Assembly: GCA_964291235.2 (NCBI GenBank)
Contig: OZ219816.1
Coordinates: forward strand, 1,024,001-1,088,000
Length of the DNA: 64,000 bases
From: Vicinamibacteria bacterium
GTDB taxonomy: Bacteria; Acidobacteriota; Vicinamibacteria; Marinacidobacterales; Marinacidobacteraceae
Direction: 5' to 3'
The notes below the pieces were generated by a model. The model worked only from the letters and a program-made list of their open reading frames with translations, ran no database searches and had not been told where the DNA came from. Shown here in pieces: positions 1 through 10,405 of the stretch. Made by a program: the position numbers and the translations under genes. The first letter of the stretch is position 1. The number at the start of each line of letters is the position of its first letter.

Positions 1-1
1 T

Positions 2-1258
2 CCCTTCCGGAAGGGCGAGAATCCGCTCTCCGCCGCCCCGAATTTCGAGGACTACTACCTTGAGATGCAAAACCACGGTGACTACGACGACTACTTCCGG
101 GGCGTCGGCCGCAACTGGGCCGAGTACTACGAGCAGACATCGGACGTCCCGATGCTGCACGTCGGCGGCTGGTATGACTCCTATGCCCCCGGCACCATCC
201 AGAGCTTTCTCGAGCTGTCCCGCGTCAAGTCGTCTCCCATGATGCTCGTCATGGGGCCGTGGACGCACGGGGGAAACAACCGGTCCTACGCCGGGGACAT
301 CGAACTCGGAGAGGCGGCAGCCATCGAGGACTTCGCCCGGGAGTTCCATCTGCGCTGGTTCGATGCACGTTTGAAAGGCCAGGGCCCCTTCGCGCCCTTT
401 GCGGACGACCGTCTGGAAGCCGCGTCGCCGGGCCCGGTGACCCTGTTCGTCATGGGGGGAGGGGACGGCCGGCGCGATGAGAATGGCCGCCTGTTTCACG
501 GCGGCGCCTGGCGGACTGCAGCTACCTGGCCCCTCGAGGGAACCGAGATGACCCCCTTCCACCTGCGCGCGGGTGGCGGATTGACTCCCGGGTCGCCGGA
601 TGACAGCGAAGGGTCCTCGGCGTACACCTACGATCCGGAGCATCCGGTCCCCACGATCGGCGGGGCCTTCTCGGGCGCCCTCAAGCGGGGCGGCTACGAC
701 CAGCGGGAACGCACCTTCCACTCGCTCTCCGGCGGATCCGAGAACGGTTTCTTCGGTTCTGAAGTGGACGGCCGGCGGACTGCGGACCGCACCGACGTCC
801 TGGTCTTCGAGACCGAGCCGCTTGCGGAAGGGCTCGAAGTGGTTGGGCCGGTCTCGGCGCGTCTCTGGGTCTCGTCAAGCGCGCCGGATACGGATTTCAC
901 GGCCAAGCTGGTGGACGTCTATCCCCCGAGCGATGACTTTCCGGAGGGATTCGATCTGAACATCACCGACGGCATCCTGCGAGCCCGTTACCGGGACTCC
1001 CGGGAGGCGGAAACGCTGATGAATCCCGGTGAAATCTACGAACTGGAAATCACCCTCTTCCCCACCGCCAACCGGTTCCAGGCCGGCCACCGGATCCGCC
1101 TGGAGATCTCCAGCTCGAACTTCCCGCGGTTCGATCCCAACCCCAATACCGGCGAACCGCTTGGCCGCCACACCCGCGCGGTTCCGGCCGACAACGTGAT
1201 CCACCACTCGGCGGAGCACCCCTCGGCGCTCGTGCTTCCGGTACAGCCCGCGCGGTAG
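2..1258 (+). CDS. CocE/NonD family hydrolase, 5'-truncated by window edge
   Basis: Frame open from position 2; motifs HVGGWYD, MGPWTHG, YDPEHPVPTIGG, DTDFTAKLVDVYP, GHRIRLEISSSNFPRFDPN. Confidence 0.9.
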   Translation, partial: PFRKGENPLSAAPNFEDYYLEMQNHGDYDDYFRGVGRNWAEYYEQTSDVPMLHVGGWYDSYAPGTIQSFLELSRVKSSPMMLVMGPWTHGGNNRSYAGDIELGEAAAIEDFAREFHLRWFDARLKGQGPFAPFADDRLEAASPGPVTLFVMGGGDGRRDENGRLFHGGAWRTAATWPLEGTEMTPFHLRAGGGLTPGSPDDSEGSSAYTYDPEHPVPTIGGAFSGALKRGGYDQRERTFHSLSGGSENGFFGSEVDGRRTADRTDVLVFETEPLAEGLEVVGPVSARLWVSSSAPDTDFTAKLVDVYPPSDDFPEGFDLNITDGILRARYRDSREAETLMNPGEIYELEITLFPTANRFQAGHRIRLEISSSNFPRFDPNPNTGEPLGRHTRAVPADNVIHHSAEHPSALVLPVQPAR

Positions 1259-1277
1259 GCGGTCGTCCTCCGGGGAC

Positions 1278-2732
1278 TCAGTTCGCTCGCCGCTGGGCGA
1301 GGAGGGATCCGGCCACCGCGACCGCCGCGTTCAGGATCGCCCCCAGCAGGCCGGCGTGGATGCCGGCGATCTTTCCGTAGCCGGCGAGGGTGAGCCCGGC
1401 CGCGAGCAGGGTTCCGAGGACTACTCCGGTAAGCGCCGCGCGGGCCGACAGTCGGGGCCAGGTGAGACCCAGTAAAAAGACCGGGGCCGCCTGCACCAGG
1501 AGTTCCATCTTGAGTTCCAAAAGACCCCAGAGGCTGATCCGCGGCGTGAGCGCGATCGCCACCAGCACTCCCATGATGGCGAGTGAGAAGACTTTCCCGA
1601 TGCGGGTGATGCGGGCTTCCTCCACGGCGCCCCCCTGGCGCCGCCGTAGTACTGGGGCCACGAAGTCCTTGGCCAGCATCGACGAGAGGGTCAGCAGCAC
1701 GGAGTCGGCGGTGGACATGATGGCCGCGACCACCCCGACCACGGTCAGGATGCACATCCAGAACATCCACTCGGACTCGGTGGCCCAGCCGCGGAGCAGG
1801 GCCGGCAGCACCTGATCCGCCGCGACCCCGGTCAACCCGCTGAGCCGGGGGAGCGCCAGGATGCCGACCAGGAAGACCGGGAGGGTGGTGAGGAAGGGGA
1901 GAAACGCCAGGACGGAGAGCGCCTTCCGGAGCGAGGTGCCGCTCCGGGCGGCGAAGATGCGCTGGATGGCCTGGGGATAGACGGCGCCCGAAATGCCGAT
2001 CAACAGGAGGGTGCTCGCCCACGTGGCCTGCATCGTGGCGTCGGGGCGAAACGCCTTTTCCGGCTGGTTCTCGAGCACCCACGCGGTGGCCGCGCCGACG
2101 CTTTCGCCCGAAAACACGGTGGCGGCGAGCAGGCCGAAGAGGCCGATCGCGAGCAGGATTCCCTGGAGACAATCGGTCCAGGCGACCGCCCGCAGCCCAC
2201 CCAGGAGTTCGTAGCCGAGGATGGCGGCGGTCAGGACGAGGACGCCCGCGGCATAGGGAATCGCGCCGTCCGAGAGGCCCGCCACCACGTGCCCCATCGC
2301 CATGAGCTGCGCCAGCAGATAGTTCGCGATGGCGGCCGCCATGAGCAGATTGGTGACCCGGGTCAGTCCCGGATGTCCGAAACGGTGATCGAGCCAATCG
2401 GCGGGGGTCACGAACTGGTGGCGCTCGGAGGCGGCGCGGAGACGGGGGGCGATGACGAGATAGACGACGACGATGGCCAGCATGAAGCCGACGCTCATCA
2501 CCCACGGGAACCCGACCCGGTAGGCCTCCCCGGGATAGCCGACCAGGGTGTTCCCGCTGTACTGGGTGGCGTAGAGGGTGAACAGGAGCACCACGCCGCC
2601 GAGCCCGCGGCCCGCCAGGTAGAAGTCGGCGAGCGACTCCGAGGCGCGGGCGGCGCGGGCCCGGATGCCGAGGAAGGCCAGTACGGCGATGTAGGCGGCG
2701 AGAGCGGCGGTGACGGCGGCGCCGAAGCCCAT
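1278..2732 (-). CDS. Sodium:solute symporter (SSS) family protein
   Basis: Many TM helices; DFYLAGRGLG, ATQYSG, GGLRAVAWTD, AAIMSTADS. Confidence 0.9.
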   Translation of the reverse strand: MGFGAAVTAALAAYIAVLAFLGIRARAARASESLADFYLAGRGLGGVVLLFTLYATQYSGNTLVGYPGEAYRVGFPWVMSVGFMLAIVVVYLVIAPRLRAASERHQFVTPADWLDHRFGHPGLTRVTNLLMAAAIANYLLAQLMAMGHVVAGLSDGAIPYAAGVLVLTAAILGYELLGGLRAVAWTDCLQGILLAIGLFGLLAATVFSGESVGAATAWVLENQPEKAFRPDATMQATWASTLLLIGISGAVYPQAIQRIFAARSGTSLRKALSVLAFLPFLTTLPVFLVGILALPRLSGLTGVAADQVLPALLRGWATESEWMFWMCILTVVGVVAAIMSTADSVLLTLSSMLAKDFVAPVLRRRQGGAVEEARITRIGKVFSLAIMGVLVAIALTPRISLWGLLELKMELLVQAAPVFLLGLTWPRLSARAALTGVVLGTLLAAGLTLAGYGKIAGIHAGLLGAILNAAVAVAGSLLAQRRAN

Positions 2733-2735
2733 CGG

Positions 2736-2951
2736 TCAGTCCTCGCCGTCGTCCCAGAGCCGGCGCGCCGCGAACGACACGAGGCAGCTCACCGCAAAGG
2801 TGCAGACCAGGGAAATCACTGCCCAGGAGGGCAGTCCGAGCACGATGGAGGGCTCCCCTTCCCCGAACCACCACGGAATCGAGAACCCGTAGAGCGCCGC
2901 GATCACCAAGAAGAGCCACGGGTGGTGCAGCGGATCCCGCCGGAGGCTCAT
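2736..2951 (-). CDS. Small two-TM membrane protein, probable SSS partner (DUF3311/DUF997-like), 71 aa
   Basis: ATG at 2951; SIPWW and LGLPSW; ends 3 nt before the SSS gene start. Confidence 0.75.
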   Translation of the reverse strand: MSLRRDPLHHPWLFLVIAALYGFSIPWWFGEGEPSIVLGLPSWAVISLVCTFAVSCLVSFAARRLWDDGED

Positions 2952-3025
2952 GAAAGGCGACGATACGGCAGATTGCGCCGGAATGGGAAAGGGCTGCGGG
3001 ATACTTTCCCTTTCCGGAGGTCCCC

Positions 3026-4243
3026 ATGATCCATCGCCTGCTCGCCCTGTTCGTTCTTTCTGCCGGGATCGCGCTTCCCGCCGCAGCCCAGGATCCCGAC
3101 CTGGCACTCGTGGGCGGTTCCGTATTGGACGTACGCGACGGGACCATGTCTCGGGCGAACGTGCTGATCGGAAATGGACGGATCCTCTCCGTCGGACCGG
3201 AAGACCCACCGGCGGGAGTTGAGACTCTGGACGTGAGCGGGAAGTTCGTGCTGCCCGGATTCATCGATGCGCATACCCACGCCACCCAGCTCTCCCAGGT
3301 GCGGCGCGCGCTGGAGTCTGGAGCGACGACGCTCCGCAGCGCCAGCGTGGGTTCCTATCGGGACGTGGCCATCGGGCGCATGGTCGCTGCCGGGCACCTC
3401 GCGGGACCGGACTATCTCGGGGCCGGGATTTTCATCACCACCAACATTCAGGACGCCCGGCTCGCCTCGGAGAGTCTCTACGGGATTGCCGATGACATCC
3501 AGAGCGAAGCGGATCTGCGCCTGCTGGTCCGCGTGAACGCGGAAAACGGAGTCCGGGCGGTCAAGACCCGGGCCACCGAGCGCGCGGGGCTTCCGAACAC
3601 GGATCCCCGCAAGCAGGTGTACTCGGAAGCGCAGCTCCGAGCCGTTGTCGAAGAAGCGACGGCCCTCGGTATTCCGGTCCTCTGCCACGCGCACGGAGAC
3701 GAGGGCGCCCGTGCCGCGGTGCTCGCCGGGGTGGCGAGCATCGAGCACGGCACCTTCCTGACCCGGGAGACGCTCGAGCTGATGGCCGAGCGGGGGACCG
3801 CGCTCGTCCCCACCTACACCACGCTCATCGATCTGGACGAGGTCGGCGGAGACTATGACCACCCGGTGCTGACGCTGCGGGCCGACTTCATGGTGCCCCG
3901 CATGGAGCGGACAATGCGGATGGCCCAGGAGATCGGCGTCCGGCTGATCGCCGGCAGCGACACCAGCTACGGACCGGAGAGCGTCAGCCGGATCGGTGTC
4001 GAGGTCGCGAACTTCGTGAAGGTCGGCCTGAGTCCCATCGAGGCCATCCGCGGAGCGACGCTCTACAGCGCGGAACTGCTCGGCATCGCGGAGGACACCG
4101 GGGTGGTCGAGCCCGGAAAGGAGGCGGACCTGATCGTGGTGGTGGAGGATCCGCTCGAACACATCGCGGCGATTCAGGACGTGGTGGCGGTGGTCTCGAA
4201 CGGCCGTCTCGCAGTGAACCGGCTCCCGTTCGAGGTCGAGTAG
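3026..4243 (+). CDS. Exported amidohydrolase family protein
   Basis: Signal peptide; PGFIDAHTH, CHAHG, SIEHG, AGSD, GKEADLIVV; GGAGG SD upstream. Confidence 0.9.
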   Translation: MIHRLLALFVLSAGIALPAAAQDPDLALVGGSVLDVRDGTMSRANVLIGNGRILSVGPEDPPAGVETLDVSGKFVLPGFIDAHTHATQLSQVRRALESGATTLRSASVGSYRDVAIGRMVAAGHLAGPDYLGAGIFITTNIQDARLASESLYGIADDIQSEADLRLLVRVNAENGVRAVKTRATERAGLPNTDPRKQVYSEAQLRAVVEEATALGIPVLCHAHGDEGARAAVLAGVASIEHGTFLTRETLELMAERGTALVPTYTTLIDLDEVGGDYDHPVLTLRADFMVPRMERTMRMAQEIGVRLIAGSDTSYGPESVSRIGVEVANFVKVGLSPIEAIRGATLYSAELLGIAEDTGVVEPGKEADLIVVVEDPLEHIAAIQDVVAVVSNGRLAVNRLPFEVE

Positions 4244-4375
4244 CCACGGGAGCGGACCGGGTGGCGAACGCCTTGACCGCCCGGCCCGCCGGAATCACGA
4301 ACCCCCGCACCCGAGCCGAATAGGGTGGCGGCCCGGGAGTGCGCGGCCGGCGCCAGGCTTCGGCGAGCCCCTCAC

Positions 4376-5029
4376 TCACTCCTTTCGGAAGACCCTCTCG
4401 ATCCGCACCGGCGGCGTCAGCTGCTGGGCTTCATACGGCGCCGAGTGGATCGCCCGCACCACGTCCATCCCCTCGATCACCCTGCCGAACGCCGCGAATC
4501 CCTGCCCGTCAGGGTTCCGCATGCCTCCGAAATCGAGTGACGGCTGGTCACCGACGCAGATGAAGAAGCTGTGGGTGGCCGTGTCCGGGCCGGTCCGCCC
4601 CATGGAGATCGCGCCGTCAACATGCATGAGCCCCGTCTCCCTGGTGCGCTCCAGCTCGATCGCGGGAAAGAGGTCCACCGCCGCGTCGGGATTCCGGCCG
4701 CCCTGGATGACCGCGATCCGGATGGAGTCGTTGGGCTGGTTTCCGGCGTGCACGGTGCGGAAGAAAGTGCCGCCGTCGTAGTGCCCACCGTCCAGGTAGC
4801 GGAGAAAGTTCCCCGCGGTGACGGGAGCCCGGCCGGCGTCAACTTCCAGTTCGATGGCGCCCATCTCGGTTTCCACAACGACCCGTACCAGGTCGGCGGA
4901 CCCGGGCGTGGCGACCGCCACGCCACCGGCCGTGAGCGCCAGCACGGAGAGGAGGGCGGCCATCGTCCGTCGCGAGGTGGCGCGGACGGATCCGTGCCGA
5001 GGGGGCCACTCCAGGTGAGATCTCCGCAT
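4376..5029 (-). CDS. Cyclophilin-type peptidyl-prolyl isomerase
   Basis: APVTAGNFLRY, VIQGG, HVDGAISMGR, SFFIC, FAAFGRVIEGMDVV. Confidence 0.9.
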   Translation of the reverse strand: MRRSHLEWPPRHGSVRATSRRTMAALLSVLALTAGGVAVATPGSADLVRVVVETEMGAIELEVDAGRAPVTAGNFLRYLDGGHYDGGTFFRTVHAGNQPNDSIRIAVIQGGRNPDAAVDLFPAIELERTRETGLMHVDGAISMGRTGPDTATHSFFICVGDQPSLDFGGMRNPDGQGFAAFGRVIEGMDVVRAIHSAPYEAQQLTPPVRIERVFRKE

Positions 5030-5327
5030 TGGTTCTCCTTGTTTCGCCGATGTGATCGGCGTCTCGCCAAGGGTACCGACCTTTGTGCGGCGGAGGCGCT
5101 CGCGATCATGACGCGGTAGATCGGCACGATTGGGAAACGCCGCGAGGAAGCCTGCGCGGAAGCACAGCTTGGCCCTCGCCGAGCGCCGACGCCTCTGGCG
5201 CCACCAGTTCCTGAACGATCCGGCGTTTTGAGCGTCTGGCGGATGGGCAGGGTGACGGCCCCCGGGAGATCCGCGGACCCCAGCGTGCGGAACGGCGTTT
5301 CGTCAGGTGCTGGAAGTAGAATTGGAG

Positions 5328-6497
5328 GTGTTGACACCGCCTTCCGTTCCGATTCGGGATACCGAAACCCAGGCCGAAATCCGGCGAGCCGTCCGGGAGT
5401 TCGCAGCCACCGAGATCCTCCCGCATGCCTCGCGTTGGGACGAGGAGGAGTCCTTCCCCGGGGAAACCGTCCGGAAACTCGGCGAGTTGGGCTTTCTGGG
5501 TCCCATCTTTCCCGCGAAGTACGGCGGCGCCGGTTTCAACTACACCGAGTACGCGGTGCTCATCGAGGAACTGGCGCGTGCCGACGCCTCGGTGGCGATC
5601 ACGGTCGCGGCGCACGTTTCGCTGGCCGCCAACCACATCTACGAGCAGGGGACGGAAGAACAGAAGACGAAGTTCCTGGGGCCGCTCGCGTCGGGGGAGG
5701 CGCTCGGAGCGTGGAGCCTCACCGAACCCGGGGCGGGAAGCGATGCGGGCGGGACCCGTACCACGGCGGTCCGGGACGGTGACGGCTGGGTCCTGAACGG
5801 GAGCAAGACCTTCACCACGAATGGCTCGCAGGCGGACATTGCCGTCTGCATGGCGTCCACCCATCCCGCCCGCAAGACCCACGGGATAACGGCGTTCATC
5901 GTCGAGAGGGGTACTCCGGGCTTCCGCACCGGCAGGAAGGAAAAGAAGCTCGGCCACCGGGCGTCGGACACCTCCGAGATGGTGTTCGACGACTGCCGGG
6001 TGCCTGACGAGAACGTGCTCGGAGCGGTGGACGCCGGGTTCATGGGAGCGATGAAGGTGCTCGACGGCGGCCGCATCAGCATCGCGGCGCTCTCGCTCGG
6101 CATCGCCCAGGCCGCACTGGAATGCGCAGTGGACTATGCGAAGGAGCGGCGCCAATTCGACCGGCCCATCAGCGACTTCCAGGGAGTGCGGTTTCCGCTT
6201 GCGGATTCCAAGTTGGAAATCGACGCGTCGCATCTCCTGATCCAGCGAGCCGCGGCGATGAAGGACTCGGGCGCGACGACGACGAGCGAATCGGCGATGG
6301 CCAAGTTGCAGGCGAGCGAGACGGCGGTGCGGGTTACCAACCGCGCCGTCCAGGTCCTGGGGGGATACGGCTATACGCGGGAGTATCCGGCGGAGCGCTA
6401 TCTGCGGGACGCGAAGCTCATGACGATCGGGGAGGGAACCTCGGAGATACAGCGATTGATCATCGCCCGGCCCCTCCTCGGCCGGATCGGCGGTTGA
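5328..6497 (+). CDS. Acyl-CoA dehydrogenase
   Basis: [62 protein letters not shown]; start uncertain (5307/5328/5331). Confidence 0.95.
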   Translation: MLTPPSVPIRDTETQAEIRRAVREFAATEILPHASRWDEEESFPGETVRKLGELGFLGPIFPAKYGGAGFNYTEYAVLIEELARADASVAITVAAHVSLAANHIYEQGTEEQKTKFLGPLASGEALGAWSLTEPGAGSDAGGTRTTAVRDGDGWVLNGSKTFTTNGSQADIAVCMASTHPARKTHGITAFIVERGTPGFRTGRKEKKLGHRASDTSEMVFDDCRVPDENVLGAVDAGFMGAMKVLDGGRISIAALSLGIAQAALECAVDYAKERRQFDRPISDFQGVRFPLADSKLEIDASHLLIQRAAAMKDSGATTTSESAMAKLQASETAVRVTNRAVQVLGGYGYTREYPAERYLRDAKLMTIGEGTSEIQRLIIARPLLGRIGG

Positions 6498-7756
6498 TCG
6501 CCGGCAGGAACCGGGAGCCCGCCTTGGCATCGGGAGCAGAACACCCCGCCGTCCTGTTCCGCGAGGTCCGGGCCGGCGACCGCCGTGCTCTCGGGCGCGC
6601 CATCACGCTCGTGGAGAGCGGCGCCGAGGGGGCGCGCGAGGCGGCGCTGGCGCTCGACTGGCCGGAGCGGGCGCGCGTCATCGCCCTGACCGGTCCTCCG
6701 GGGGTGGGGAAGAGCGAACTGGCGAATTGCCTGGCGGCGGCATTTGGCGCCGCCGGCCGGAGCGTGGCCGTGCTCGCCGTGGATCCGTCGAGCCCCCAGA
6801 CGGGCGGCGCGCTGCTGGGTGATCGGGTGCGATTCACTGGCGACTCGGGAAGGGTCTTCTTTCGAAGCATGGCTGCCCGCGACGGCGAGGCCGGTCTCGC
6901 TCCCGAGGTCCCGGCGGTGCTGCGACTGCTGGCCGCCGGCGGCGCCGAACGCATCCTGCTGGAGACTGCCGGGGTGGGGCAGGGCGACGATTCGGTTCTC
7001 CGCCTCGCCGACCTCGGGATGGCGATCACGGCGGCCGGTCTCGGAGACGCGGTCCAGGCCGCCAAGGCCGGGCTCTTCGAGGTGGCGGACTTCGTGGTGG
7101 TGAACCAGGCCGATCGGCCGGGCGCGGAGGTGACGGCTGCCTCGTTCCGTGCGCTGCGGACGGGACCGGTGTTCCTGACCTCAGCGGCCGAGGACACTGG
7201 AGTAGAGGATCTCAGGGTGGCGGCGGAACAGGAACTTGCGGCCCGCGGCCCGCTGGATCGTTCGCGGGTTCCCGGGGGTGAGGGACCGCTGGCGGATGAA
7301 ACCTCCCGTCCGGCGAATGTCAAATCGGCGAATCCCCATCCGGCGATCCGCCTGCACCACGTGGGAATCGCGGTGCCGGACGGGGGAGAAGCCGCCGAAC
7401 TCTGGCGCACCCTGCTGGGGCTGCGCGAAACGGGCCGCTACCGGGTGGAGGAGTTCGGCGTCCTCGCCCTGTTCCTGGCCCCCGAGGGCGAGTCGGCGCC
7501 GGCCGGCGGTTTCCTGGAACTGCTGGAGCCGACGGCTCCCGACAGTCCCGTGGCGCGCCACCTCGAGCGCCGGGGCCAGGGCCTCCATCACGTCTGTTTC
7601 GAGGTGGAAGACATCCACCGGACCCTGAAGGATCTCGAAGCACGGGGAGTTCGCCTCGTGGACCGTGAGCCGCGCGAGGGGGCAGGGGGACATCTGGTGG
7701 CGTTCATCCATCCGGCGAGCGCCGGAGGCGTACTGCTCGAACTGAAACAGGCCTAG
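6494..7756 (+). CDS. MeaB/ArgK-type GTPase fused to methylmalonyl-CoA epimerase (VOC fold)
   Basis: TTG start overlaps ACAD stop (TTGA); [30 protein letters not shown]; C-terminal [34 protein letters not shown]. Confidence 0.85.
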   Translation: MIAGRNREPALASGAEHPAVLFREVRAGDRRALGRAITLVESGAEGAREAALALDWPERARVIALTGPPGVGKSELANCLAAAFGAAGRSVAVLAVDPSSPQTGGALLGDRVRFTGDSGRVFFRSMAARDGEAGLAPEVPAVLRLLAAGGAERILLETAGVGQGDDSVLRLADLGMAITAAGLGDAVQAAKAGLFEVADFVVVNQADRPGAEVTAASFRALRTGPVFLTSAAEDTGVEDLRVAAEQELAARGPLDRSRVPGGEGPLADETSRPANVKSANPHPAIRLHHVGIAVPDGGEAAELWRTLLGLRETGRYRVEEFGVLALFLAPEGESAPAGGFLELLEPTAPDSPVARHLERRGQGLHHVCFEVEDIHRTLKDLEARGVRLVDREPREGAGGHLVAFIHPASAGGVLLELKQA

Positions 7757-7807
7757 GTACCCGGCGCGGAGGAGGCGGGCAGTGAAGCCGGATACGCTTG
7801 GGGAACC

Positions 7808-8548
7808 ATGAAACCCGCTCTCTCCTTTCGCCGTGATTTGCTGATGCTCATGGGCGGCGTTCCGGTCGCCTACGCCCTCGGACTGTGGCTCGGTTCCATG
7901 GGACTCGCGGCCGCGCGCTGGGTGCTTCCCCTGCTGCTGGCGGCCCCCGCGATTCACGGGCTCTGGCGGTATCTGGGAGAGGGACGGCGTTCCGAAGCCG
8001 TCCGCCTCATGCTCGGCTGGGCGCTCGCTCTCGCGGTCTTCGGGCCGATTGCCATGGCGGTCGCCCCCGAGGCTGCGGAGGCATCGATATTCCGGGGTGC
8101 GGAATACCGGGATGAAATGACGGTCTGGCTCGCGACGGGAGAAGGCGCCGAAGGGGATATCCGACTCTTCTTGCCGATCCACCTCCAGCGGCTTGCTCTC
8201 TTCGTGCCTCTCTCCCTGGTCAGCGGCGGAGCGCTGGGGATTCTGATGGGCGCCGTGATGGTGAACTTCATGGACTTCTTCGTGGCTTCCTACGCGGCGG
8301 CGGCGAGCGGGGTCCCGGCAGCGCTCGCCTGGTTCCCGTGGGCGCTCTGTCGGGTGGCCGCGTTCGTCATCCTCGGAGTGATCCTCGCGGAGCCGCTGGT
8401 GCGGCGGCTCGGGAAGGTGACCGCGCCGCTCCAGCCGGGCCGTGGCCGACTGCTCTACGTGGCGGGTGGGCTACTGATCGCCGACGTGGTCCTGAAGGCA
8501 GCGCTCGCCCCCATGTGGGGACGGTTCCTCGCCGGCTTTCTCAACTGA
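7808..8548 (+). CDS. Integral membrane protein of unknown function
   Basis: 246 aa with about 6-7 hydrophobic segments; follows the epimerase fusion. Confidence 0.75.
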   Translation: MKPALSFRRDLLMLMGGVPVAYALGLWLGSMGLAAARWVLPLLLAAPAIHGLWRYLGEGRRSEAVRLMLGWALALAVFGPIAMAVAPEAAEASIFRGAEYRDEMTVWLATGEGAEGDIRLFLPIHLQRLALFVPLSLVSGGALGILMGAVMVNFMDFFVASYAAAASGVPAALAWFPWALCRVAAFVILGVILAEPLVRRLGKVTAPLQPGRGRLLYVAGGLLIADVVLKAALAPMWGRFLAGFLN

Positions 8549-8562
8549 CGCCACCTGGCCCG

Positions 8563-8587
8563 GGGAGCGCCGGCCTCCAGTCGGCAC
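8563..8587. repeat. REP-like palindrome (family B)
   Basis: GGGAGCGCCGGCCTCCAGTCGGCAC resembles the reverse complement of the hairpin in the 38.7-39.4 kb array. Confidence 0.6.
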
Positions 8588-8710
8588 AGCCCGCCGGAGG
8601 CGGGCGGCGTGACGAACCCGCTCGGCGGGATGGCTCGCGTCTCGGCCGGAACCGCACCAGCCGTCATGGCGGCAGTACGACGCGCCGAACCAGTGGATGG
8701 GGCGTGCCGG

Positions 8711-8785
8711 TGGTGGGCGATGCAGGATTTGAACCTGCGACTTCTACCGTGTGAAGGTAGCACTCTCCCGCTGAGTTAATCGCCC
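8711..8785 (-). tRNA. tRNA-Val(CAC)
   Basis: Cloverleaf GGGCGAT...ATCGCCC-ACCA; anticodon arm CTACC-TTCACAC-GGTAG; T-loop GTTCAAATC. Confidence 0.97.
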
Positions 8786-8985
8786 GTTCCCGGGTTCCCG
8801 CCGGGGGCTCCGATCTGGAACCCGCCCCGGCTACGGAAGGCAGGGACGCTAGCAATCCGCCTCCTGCGCGTCAACCCGAGTGAGGAGCGTTTCCTGCAGC
8901 TGGGACCGCGCCAAGATGCTCCCGACAGGTTGCAGGTCGGCGACGACGCAAGACGGAGGACCGGCGGTCCCTCGGGATAGCGGTG

Positions 8986-10401
8986 CTAAAAGGCCTCCAC
9001 CTTCATCATGTTGGTGGCGCCGCTCAACTGGTGGGTCCCGCAGACGAGCACCACCCGGTCGCCCGAAGCGACGTAGCGTTCGGATCGGAGCCGGTCCAGC
9101 GCCCGGCTGAGCATCCTGTCCGTGGTTCGAAAACGCCGGTTCCGCATGGGGCGGACCCCCCAGCGGAGCGCCAGCCGCCGATAGACGTGGTCTGATGTCG
9201 TGAAACCGAAGATGCCGCAGCGCGGCCGCATGCGGCTCACCTGGCGCACGGTGGCTCCCGAATCCGTGAACGCGACGATGTAGGCCGCGTCGATGGCGGT
9301 GGCCGCTTCCCGGGCGGCGGCGGCGACGGCGTGCTCCACGCGACTCCGGTCGATCAGGGCCTGGTAGTGCGGCAGCTCGCCGAAGTCGGCATGTTGCTCG
9401 GTGTAGGTAGCCAGGCGGTCCAAAGTGCGCACCGCCTCCACCGGGTATTCGCCGACCGACGTTTCGCCGGAGAGCATCACGGCGTCGCTGCCGTCCAGGA
9501 TCGCGTTCGCCACGTCGGAGGCTTCGGCGCGGGTCGGCATGGGATGCGAAATCATGGAGTCCAGCATCTGGGTCGCGGTGATTGCGATCTTGCCTCGCGA
9601 ATTCGCCTGGCGAATGACCCACTTTTGCACGATGGGAACGCGTTCGGCGGAGGTCTCGACCCCGAGATCACCGCGCGCCACCATCACCCCGTCCGACACC
9701 TGGAGGATTTCGTCGAGGTTTTCCAGCGCTTCGGGCCGTTCGATCTTGGCGATCACCGGAATGTCCTCGCGGTCGAGGCGGGCGAGCAGTCCGCGCACGG
9801 TCTCCACGTCCCGAGCTCGCTGAACGAACGACACCGCGAGATAGTCCACTTCGGCAGCCACCGCCGCCTGCAGGTCGGCGCGGTCCTTGACCGTGAGCGC
9901 CGGACCGGAGAGGGGCACCCCCGGCAAGTTGATGCCCTTGCGGGAAGACAGGATGCCTCCCACCACGACTTCGGTTTGGACGTCCTTGTCCGCGGCCTTG
10001 AGCACCCGCAGCTTGAGAAGTCCGTCGTCGAGCAGGATGAAGTCGCCGGGACGGACGTCGCGGGGGAGCTGGGGGTAGGTTGTGGAAACGGCTTCAGCGC
10101 TTCCCTCGATCACCCTTGAGGTGATCACGAAGCGGGCTCCCGGCTCCAGTTCGACGCCCTCGGCGGGTACCTCGCCGGTGCGCATCTTGGGACCGGCGAG
10201 GTCCGCGAGGGTCGCGATGGCGCGGCCCGCCTTGCGAGCGGCGCGGCGCACCAGGCGAACCCGGCTCTGCAGGCTGCCGGCGGTTTCGTGCGCGCAGTTG
10301 AGCCGTGCCGCATCCATCCCGGCGTCCACGAGAGCTTCGACGGTGGCGGCGGTGCGGGTGGCCGGCCCCAGGGTGGCGATGATCTTGGTTCGGCGAAACA
10401 T
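8986..10401 (-). CDS. pyk: Pyruvate kinase
   Basis: RRTKIIATLGP, DLAGPKMRTG, AKIE, MVARGDLGVE, ATQMLDSM, DAVMLSGETSVGEYP. Confidence 0.98.
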   Translation of the reverse strand: MFRRTKIIATLGPATRTAATVEALVDAGMDAARLNCAHETAGSLQSRVRLVRRAARKAGRAIATLADLAGPKMRTGEVPAEGVELEPGARFVITSRVIEGSAEAVSTTYPQLPRDVRPGDFILLDDGLLKLRVLKAADKDVQTEVVVGGILSSRKGINLPGVPLSGPALTVKDRADLQAAVAAEVDYLAVSFVQRARDVETVRGLLARLDREDIPVIAKIERPEALENLDEILQVSDGVMVARGDLGVETSAERVPIVQKWVIRQANSRGKIAITATQMLDSMISHPMPTRAEASDVANAILDGSDAVMLSGETSVGEYPVEAVRTLDRLATYTEQHADFGELPHYQALIDRSRVEHAVAAAAREAATAIDAAYIVAFTDSGATVRQVSRMRPRCGIFGFTTSDHVYRRLALRWGVRPMRNRRFRTTDRMLSRALDRLRSERYVASGDRVVLVCGTHQLSGATNMMKVEAF

Positions 10402-10405
10402 GCTT

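Noticed and set aside
8550-8985. Integrative element at tRNA-Val (and at tRNA-Arg, 29356)
   Set aside because: No integrase or duplicated tRNA 3' end seen; flanking genes are housekeeping.
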